Shown here: one piece after another, positions 57,785 through 64,000 of the stretch
Layout of the letters: each line of letters starts with the position of its first letter
How positions within the stretch are numbered: the stretch's first letter is position 1
Assembly: GCA_026414995.1 (NCBI GenBank)
Contig: JAOAHY010000002.1
Span: 592-64,591, forward strand
DNA from: Caldisericia bacterium
GTDB taxonomy: Bacteria > Caldisericota > Caldisericia > B22-G15
Reading direction: 5' to 3'
Length of the DNA: 64,000 bases
Notes under the pieces: generated by a model
The model's input: the letters and a program-made list of their open reading frames with translations, nothing else
Databases searched by the model: none
Told to the model about the DNA's origin: nothing
Made by a program: the position numbers and the translations under genes

Positions 57785-59131
57785 TTATTTTCCTATACAG
57801 AATCTCTCAAATATCTCTTTTAAGGTATCTTGATCAAATTCTTCACCAATTACATATTTTAATGCTTTGATTGCTTCTTTTAAATTTATTGAAATTTTAT
57901 CAATTTCCTCTTTATTTAATATTATTTCTTTTAATATATTTTTTGCTTGAATAATTAGATTTTTTTCTCTTGATGAAATAGATAAAATCTGATCTGAATT
58001 TGGTATCTCTTTAAAGTTTTCTAATATTTTATTTTTTAACTCACTGATTCCATTTTTTGTTATACATGAGATAGAAATGACCTCTTTTCTCAAAATCTCC
58101 TCAAGTTTACTTTTATCAACTTTTTTAGGAAGATCATTTTTGTTTAAAACTGGTATATAATTTTTATTTTTTACTTTTTCTATTGCATATAAATCATCTT
58201 CATTTAATTCTGTAGATATATCAAACATTAAAATTATTAAATTTGATGAATCTAAAATTTTTTCGCTTCTTTCTTGTGCAATTTTATCAAGTTCATTTTC
58301 GATTTTTTTAATAACTCCTGCTGTGTCGATTATATCAACAGGAAGATAATCTAAATAGATTCTTTCTTTAACGACATCTCTTGTTGTTCCAGGAATGGAT
58401 GAAACAATTACTCTTTCATCTTCCATAAATATATTAAATAGAGAAGATTTACCAACATTTGCTTTTCCAAAAATTGCAAGTTTAATTCCATCAACAAATG
58501 GCTTTGATTTTTCATATCTTTCAAGAATTTTTTCAATCGAAGATAAATTTTTATTTATTTTACTAAATATCTCCTCTTCTCTTATTAATTCAACATCGTC
58601 TGGAAAAGAAATTGATGCTTCAATAGAAAGCATTAATTCATTTAAATCATTAATTATTTTTTTTATTTCATCTGTTAGCTTCCCCTCTAAAACATTTAAT
58701 GAAGATTTTAATTCTATTAAATCTTGTGAATAAACTATTCTATTAATTGCTTCTGCCCTAATCAAATCAATTTTTCCATTTAAGAATGCTCTCTCAGTAA
58801 ATTCACCTGGTCTAGATAATCTTGCGCCATATTCAACAATTAATTCTAATATTTTATTCATTAGAACAGGAGATGAAAGAGTTTGAATTTCAACAATGTC
58901 TTCTCCAGTATATGAATTTGGGCCTTTATAATAAATTATAATTGCATCTCCAAGTGATGAACCATCTTTATCTTTTAAGAAAAAATGTTTTGCTACCCTA
59001 GGTTCAATATTAATATCTTTTTGTAATAATTTTTTTAAAATATATAATGAATTTTCTCCTGAAATTCTAATAATTCCAATTGCACCATAACCTCTTGGTG
59101 TTGAAATATTTGCAATTGTATCACTGGTCAT
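57785..59131 (-). CDS. mnmE: tRNA modification GTPase MnmE
   Basis: 448 aa. G-domain 'GKANVGKSSLFN', C-terminal 'CIGK'. Confidence 0.85.
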   Translation of the reverse strand: MTSDTIANISTPRGYGAIGIIRISGENSLYILKKLLQKDINIEPRVAKHFFLKDKDGSSLGDAIIIYYKGPNSYTGEDIVEIQTLSSPVLMNKILELIVEYGARLSRPGEFTERAFLNGKIDLIRAEAINRIVYSQDLIELKSSLNVLEGKLTDEIKKIINDLNELMLSIEASISFPDDVELIREEEIFSKINKNLSSIEKILERYEKSKPFVDGIKLAIFGKANVGKSSLFNIFMEDERVIVSSIPGTTRDVVKERIYLDYLPVDIIDTAGVIKKIENELDKIAQERSEKILDSSNLIILMFDISTELNEDDLYAIEKVKNKNYIPVLNKNDLPKKVDKSKLEEILRKEVISISCITKNGISELKNKILENFKEIPNSDQILSISSREKNLIIQAKNILKEIILNKEEIDKISINLKEAIKALKYVIGEEFDQDTLKEIFERFCIGK

Positions 59132-59630
59132 TATCAGTTGATTTTAAAGCAACAACAACCCTTCTGTTTGGTTCTTTTCCTATTGAATATGTGTAAACAT
59201 ATTGATTGTTGGCAAGAGTTGTGTGAATTATTTTTCTTGCCATAGCACTCATTGGTTGAAGTATCTGATCTTTTTTTGTTTTTCTTGCTTTAATTGCTGC
59301 TTCTATTGCGAGATTTCTAAGATAATCAATCTGTTTTTGTTTGTATCCTGAAATATCAACAATAAAGAGTCTTTTATCTTTAAAATTTCTGTGAATTATT
59401 GAATTTAATAAATATTGGATTGTGGCTAAAACTTTTCCTTGTTTACCAATAAATAAAGCCTGTTTTTCTTTAGATAGTTGTAATATGTTTACATAAACCT
59501 CTTCATCCTTTTCTCTAATTTCAAAATCAATTTTCTCCCCAAATTTTTCAAAAAAATATCCTAAAATTCCCTTAACAATTTTTGATGCATCTTTTTCGCC
59601 AAGTTTAACATTAAAGATTTTGTCCATCAT
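59121..59630 (-). CDS. jag: RNA-binding protein Jag/KhpB (KH plus R3H)
   Basis: 169 aa. KH-like 'GKQGKVLATIQYLLN' and C-terminal R3H region. Conserved position next to yidC. Confidence 0.7.
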   Translation of the reverse strand: MMDKIFNVKLGEKDASKIVKGILGYFFEKFGEKIDFEIREKDEEVYVNILQLSKEKQALFIGKQGKVLATIQYLLNSIIHRNFKDKRLFIVDISGYKQKQIDYLRNLAIEAAIKARKTKKDQILQPMSAMARKIIHTTLANNQYVYTYSIGKEPNRRVVVALKSTDNDQ

Positions 59631-61033
59631 TTCTTTATCTTACTCAATGCTTCTTGATATCTTTTATTTATAAAGAAATACTCAACAGTTGAAAAGATAC
59701 TATAAAAAATCCAATATATTGAAATGGCACTTGGGAATGTTAGTGCCCAATAAGCAATTAGAATTGGAAACATTATCATAAAAATTCTTGCATTAGGATC
59801 TTTTCCACTTGATACCCATTGTTGTAAAAGAGTAGTTAACGCAACAAGAATTGGAATAAGATAAGTTGGGTCTGGTGCAGCAAGATTATTTATCCACAAA
59901 AATTTTTGATCTAGTAATTTAACATAACCATTTAGAGATGAAAAAAGAACAAGCAAAATTGGAAGAGGTAAAATTGACATTAAACACCCAGTTGTAGGGT
60001 TAATTCCATATTTTTTATACAATTTCATCTGTTCTTCTTGTGCTTTTCTTGGATCATCTTTATATTTTTTTTGAATTGCTTGAAGTTCAGGAGTTATCAT
60101 TTGTGTTTTACTCATATTTCTAATCTGTTGTATTGTAAATGGAAGAATTATCAACTTTATTAAGAGGGTCAAGAATATAATTGCAATTCCATAATTTGGA
60201 ATAATGCCATAAAAGAAATCAAGTATCCTTCTAACAAAATATACAAATGAATTACTCACAATATTTATTGTTGCACCCTCTTCTATGTTATACTCATTTC
60301 CACTAGCATCTTTATAATCAACCATAATTGGAATATTAAAACTTTTTGGTGTAACATTTTCGTTTGGTTTTAATCTTAACGTAAATGTTGCATTTTTCCC
60401 AGGTTGAAGTGATTCAAGATAAGTATTTTTTCCAGTTATGTATTCAGTAAAATAATCATTTTCTTTTATCTTTACTTTAATCTCTCTTGCTTCAGAATTT
60501 CCTGTGTTTTTTAAATTAACAGATAAGGCAATAAGAGTTTCATAAGTTGCTTTTACATTTGGAGTTGAAGAAAATTGAAGAAATCCACCTTTACCAACAA
60601 TTTTTAATGGGAAATGAGATTTATAAAATTTCTTTAAACCACCTTCTTCGTACTCTATGCTTCCTAAAAATGTATATTCATCAAGTTTTATATCTTCTTT
60701 TAATCTTAAATTGAAAGTAACCTTTTTTTCTTCATCTTTTTTTATTGAATCTAATAATTTTTTTGTTTCTAATAACTCAAAAGGTCCAAAATCTGAAAAA
60801 TTTGATAGTGACTCAATTTGAATTATTAAATTCTTTTTTTCCTCTCCAAGATTTTTCAGTGATAACTCAAAATAAAAATTATCACCAATGTTTTTCTTTT
60901 CAATTGGTGAAGTTGTTATTTTTAAATCTAGTTCTTTAAAAGTTGCTCCAGTAAATAAAATAAAAATTAATAATCCTAATAAAACTAAATACCTCTTCAT
61001 CTTTCCTCCTCTATGGTACAGGATCTTCTCCAC
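59627..61033 (-). CDS. yidC: membrane protein insertase YidC (long periplasmic domain form)
   Basis: 468 aa. N-terminal TM plus large periplasmic domain plus C-terminal 5-TM 60-kDa inner-membrane-protein core. Confidence 0.8.
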   Translation of the reverse strand: MEKILYHRGGKMKRYLVLLGLLIFILFTGATFKELDLKITTSPIEKKNIGDNFYFELSLKNLGEEKKNLIIQIESLSNFSDFGPFELLETKKLLDSIKKDEEKKVTFNLRLKEDIKLDEYTFLGSIEYEEGGLKKFYKSHFPLKIVGKGGFLQFSSTPNVKATYETLIALSVNLKNTGNSEAREIKVKIKENDYFTEYITGKNTYLESLQPGKNATFTLRLKPNENVTPKSFNIPIMVDYKDASGNEYNIEEGATINIVSNSFVYFVRRILDFFYGIIPNYGIAIIFLTLLIKLIILPFTIQQIRNMSKTQMITPELQAIQKKYKDDPRKAQEEQMKLYKKYGINPTTGCLMSILPLPILLVLFSSLNGYVKLLDQKFLWINNLAAPDPTYLIPILVALTTLLQQWVSSGKDPNARIFMIMFPILIAYWALTFPSAISIYWIFYSIFSTVEYFFINKRYQEALSKIKK

Positions 61034-61220
61034 CTGGAAAGAAAGGATTGCATCTTAAAATCCTTTTCATTCCAAGAAAAAGACCCTTTAAAACTCCATA
61101 TTTTTGTACTGCCTCAAATGTATATTGTGAACATGTTGGTGTAAATCTACATGAAGGTGGAAATAAAGGAGATATAAATTTTTGATAGAATTTAATTAGA
61201 AAAAGCACTGATTTTTTCAT
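61011..61220 (-). CDS. yidD: membrane protein insertion efficiency factor YidD
   Basis: 69 aa. '[27 protein letters not shown]' matches the YidD/DUF37 signature. Confidence 0.75.
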   Translation of the reverse strand: MKKSVLFLIKFYQKFISPLFPPSCRFTPTCSQYTFEAVQKYGVLKGLFLGMKRILRCNPFFPGGEDPVP

Positions 61221-61533
61221 TATTGTATCTCCTTAAAAATTTTTCAAAATCATTCATAATTTCCTCTTTTTTCTTTTTTATAACAAAAGGTGGAATAATA
61301 ATTGCTACCCATATTTTATCAAATAGATTTTGATATTTATAAAAAATTTCTCTTATAAACCTTCTCAATTTATTTCTTTCAACAGAACTTTTTGTTTTTA
61401 TAGGTATAAAAGCTACTTTAAGGTCTTCTTTCTTCAAAATTATAAATGTAATATTTTTTTCTTTAAATTTTAATCCATTTTTCATTAATTCATCTATCTC
61501 TTTTTTGGAAAGTCTTTTTGCAAGTTTACCCAT
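61192..61533 (-). CDS. rnpA: ribonuclease P protein component
   Basis: 113-aa basic protein. Start overlaps the rpmH stop (TAATG). Confidence 0.75.
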   Translation of the reverse strand: MGKLAKRLSKKEIDELMKNGLKFKEKNITFIILKKEDLKVAFIPIKTKSSVERNKLRRFIREIFYKYQNLFDKIWVAIIIPPFVIKKKKEEIMNDFEKFLRRYNNEKISAFSN

Positions 61534-61670
61534 TATCTGGGTGTTAAAACCTTTCTCCCCTTCCTCCTCCTTCTTTTTATAACATTTCTACCGCCTGGTG
61601 TACTCATTCTCTTTAAAAATCCATGAACTTTCCTTCTTTTTCCTTTATGAGGGTGATATGTTGTTCTCAT
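61533..61670 (-). CDS. rpmH: 50S ribosomal protein L34
   Basis: 45 aa '[45 protein letters not shown]'. Classic L34 sequence. Missed by the ORF track (under 60 aa). Confidence 0.85.
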   Translation of the reverse strand: MRTTYHPHKGKRRKVHGFLKRMSTPGGRNVIKRRRRKGRKVLTPR

Positions 61671-61691
61671 CTCTTATACCTCCTTTTAATC

Positions 61692-62372
61692 TTATGATAC
61701 TGCTCTTAAAACCTCATTAACAAAATCATCTTCTGGTATTGCACCTTCAAACTCTATTTTATCATTAATTACTATTTTCGGCACTGCATAAACATTATAT
61801 CTATCAGAAAGATTTGGAAATTCAGTTGCTTCAACCATATCAGCAACTATATTTTCATTTAAAAACGCTATTTTATGAGCGGTTCTCACAGCTCTTGGAC
61901 AATATGGACAAGTTGGAGTAACAAAAACTTGAATATGAACTTTATCTTTTATTTCTTCTATTTTCTTTTTATTTTCCTCTTTAAAATCGATATTTCCAGT
62001 TGATATATCAATAATATCTTCTATAAAAGAGGTAAATTCATAACCAGCAGGAATACCAACATATCTTACTAAACCTTTATTTTTCCCAAGAAGAACTATG
62101 GTCGGTATCCTTTCAACTTTATATTGATCAAATATATCTTTATCTTTTCCAAGTTCATATATCTCAAGTTTTAATTTATCTGAAAGAGAAACTACATCAG
62201 TATAAATTTCTTCCGCCTCTTTACAATATCTACATTCATTATCTTCTGTTTCATCTGGAGTCCAGAGTCCTACTCCACTTTTTTTAAAAAATAAAATTCT
62301 AACATCATCTTTTAATTCATTATCAAATCTTTCTTTAATTATTTTTTTATCTTTTTCTTGAATAAGTCCCAT
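61692..62372 (-). CDS. protein disulfide oxidoreductase (PDO; double-thioredoxin-fold, glutaredoxin-like) of the thermophile type
   Basis: 226 aa with two thioredoxin-fold halves carrying 'CRYC' and 'CPYC' active sites. Size and architecture as in Pyrococcus, Aquifex and Thermotoga PDOs. Confidence 0.65.
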   Translation of the reverse strand: MGLIQEKDKKIIKERFDNELKDDVRILFFKKSGVGLWTPDETEDNECRYCKEAEEIYTDVVSLSDKLKLEIYELGKDKDIFDQYKVERIPTIVLLGKNKGLVRYVGIPAGYEFTSFIEDIIDISTGNIDFKEENKKKIEEIKDKVHIQVFVTPTCPYCPRAVRTAHKIAFLNENIVADMVEATEFPNLSDRYNVYAVPKIVINDKIEFEGAIPEDDFVNEVLRAVS

Positions 62373-62454
62373 ATCTTATTCCTCCTTAATATGTTTCAAA
62401 TTAGTTTTTAAATTATATCACAATATTGTTATAATTTTAATAACGGAGGGTAAG

Positions 62455-62793
62455 ATGGAAGATAAATTAATAATGGTACTTACGACAATTGATGATATGG
62501 AAAAGGCTAAAAAACTTGCAAGGTTTATCGTGGATCAAAAGTTAGCAGCATGTGTTCAAATAACAGGGCCAATTCAAAGTATCTATTACTGGAGGGATAA
62601 AACTGAAGATACAAAAGAGTGGTTAATTTTAATCAAAACAAGAAAAAATTTATATGAAAAACTTGAAGAATTTATAATAAAACTACATCCTTATATTGTA
62701 CCTGAAATTGTATCGTTTGATATTGAAAATTGTTTTAAAAAATATTTTGATTGGGTTTTTGAAGTAACAAGTAGAAGAGAAGAAAATGATTAA
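62455..62793 (+). CDS. cutA: divalent-cation tolerance protein CutA
   Basis: 112 aa, CutA1 fold (VLTTIDDMEKAKKLARFIVDQKLAACVQI...YYWRDK). Confidence 0.8.
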   Translation: MEDKLIMVLTTIDDMEKAKKLARFIVDQKLAACVQITGPIQSIYYWRDKTEDTKEWLILIKTRKNLYEKLEEFIIKLHPYIVPEIVSFDIENCFKKYFDWVFEVTSRREEND

Positions 62794-64000
62794 AATTATA
62801 TTTATATTAATTATTCTAATATCTAATTTTTGGGATTTATTATTAAATAATTTAAATTTAAAACATTCTATAAAAAAGGGGAAAGATGTTCCTGATATTT
62901 TAAAAGACACTATAAAAGAAGAAACTCTTCAAAAAAGTATAAATTATCTCAAAGATAAAACAAATCTTTTAAATATTGAGATAATAATTAAAACTATTTT
63001 GATTATTATAGGTTTAATTTATATTTTTCCTTTTTTTGAAAATATCGCAATTAAAATTACCTATACTGAAAGTTTTAAAAATTACACATTTTATCAATCA
63101 ATAATTTTCTTTTTATTAACTGGTGTTTATATCATTTTAATTGATCTTCCTTTTGACATCTTTTTTACATTTAAAATTGAGAAAAAATATGGTTTTTCAA
63201 AAATTTCACCTAAATTATATATTACCGACAAATTAAAAATTCTAATACTATCAATTATAATTGGCTTACCAATTCTATATATTTTCATAAACTTTATTTT
63301 AAAATTCAAACAATTTTTTATACCTCTTTCACTTATAATTATTGGAATAATATTTTTAATTAATATAATTTATCCTTCGTTAATTCTTCCACTTTTTTAT
63401 AAATTTGAAAAATTAGAAGACGAAAATCTAAGGAACAAAATCTTAGATATTACTAAAAAAGTTAATCTTAAATTTGAGAATATTTACATTATGAATGCAT
63501 CATCAAGGTCGACTCACACAAACGCTTTTTTCTCTGGTTTAGGAAAAACAAAGAAAATTGTTTTTTATGATACTCTTATAAAAAATCACACAGAAGAAGA
63601 AATTTTATCAATATTTGCACATGAACTTGGTCACTACAAAAAGGGGCATATTTTTAAATCTTTTATACTTACCTCAATTTTTACAATTTTTGTAATTTTT
63701 TTATTTAATTTATTAATAAATACAAAAGTTGCTGAAGTTTTTTATTCTTGTAATAATTGTATAGATTTAAAAATAATTTATACAGGAATATTTATATCTA
63801 GCATATTATTTCCTATTGAATTTTTAGTAAATTCAATCAGTAGGAAATTTGAGTTTGAATCTGATGAGTTTGCTGCAAAATTAACTAATAAAAATTCAAT
63901 AATAGCTTCTTTGAAAAAAATTTTTAAAGAAAATTTATCAAATATTTTTCCACATCCACTTTTTTCAAAATTTAAATACACACACCCTCCTCCAATAGAA
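62785..64000 (+). CDS. M48-family zinc metalloprotease, Ste24/CAAX-prenyl-protease-like (3' end beyond the window)
   Basis: Open frame to the window end. Multiple TM helices, 'FAHELGHYKKGH' HExxH, C-terminal 'KYTHPPPIE'. Overlaps cutA by 9 nt. Absent from the ORF track because no stop is reached. Confidence 0.7.

Noticed and set aside
1-64000. Search for CRISPR arrays, transposases/integrases and prophage genes
   Set aside because: No direct-repeat/spacer periodicity, and no DDE, tyrosine or serine recombinase motifs in any ORF. The window looks like core chromosome apart from the decayed gene at 7-8 kb.

Overview
This is a 64-kb, low-GC (about 30%), densely coded bacterial chromosomal segment with roughly 75 protein genes on both strands. 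I found no CRISPR array, transposase, integrase or rRNA/tRNA gene.

Main content, in order:
- An MGMT/Atl-like protein, a YgjP-type metallohydrolase, an archaeal-type PEP carboxylase, a B12-binding protein paired with a GGDEF cyclase, GalU and a peroxiredoxin.
- A multiply frameshifted remnant of a surface-protein gene.
- A nickel/cobalt ECF transporter operon with NikR.
- The type IV pilus genes pilB, pilT and pilC.
- A housekeeping block: HAD hydrolase, udk, mltG, ruvX and alaS.
- A complete lysine-fermentation island: atoDA, kce, kamED, a P-loop protein, kamA and kdd. It is headed by a frameshifted PAS plus degenerate sigma54-activator-like regulator and preceded by a class III aminotransferase that is a candidate Kat.
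- tsaD, ilvE, a racemase-family PLP enzyme, a split ChrA pair, an M32-like peptidase, argF, comEA and comEC.
- A roughly 160-nt structured leader RNA (four-way junction plus pseudoknot, Shine-Dalgarno (SD) sequence buried in the closing helix) in front of an uncharacterised operon: RseC-like, DUF4388, membrane protein, MrfA/YprA-like DUF1998 helicase.
- A TetR-controlled ABC-2 exporter, a MATE transporter, a deaminase, a class V aminotransferase, apgM and an ECF S-component.
- The conserved mnmE-jag-yidC-yidD-rnpA-rpmH block, a thermophile-type protein disulfide oxidoreductase, cutA and a partial Ste24-like M48 protease.

The gene repertoire suggests an anaerobic, possibly thermophilic, amino-acid-fermenting bacterium. 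The phylum cannot be fixed from sequence alone.
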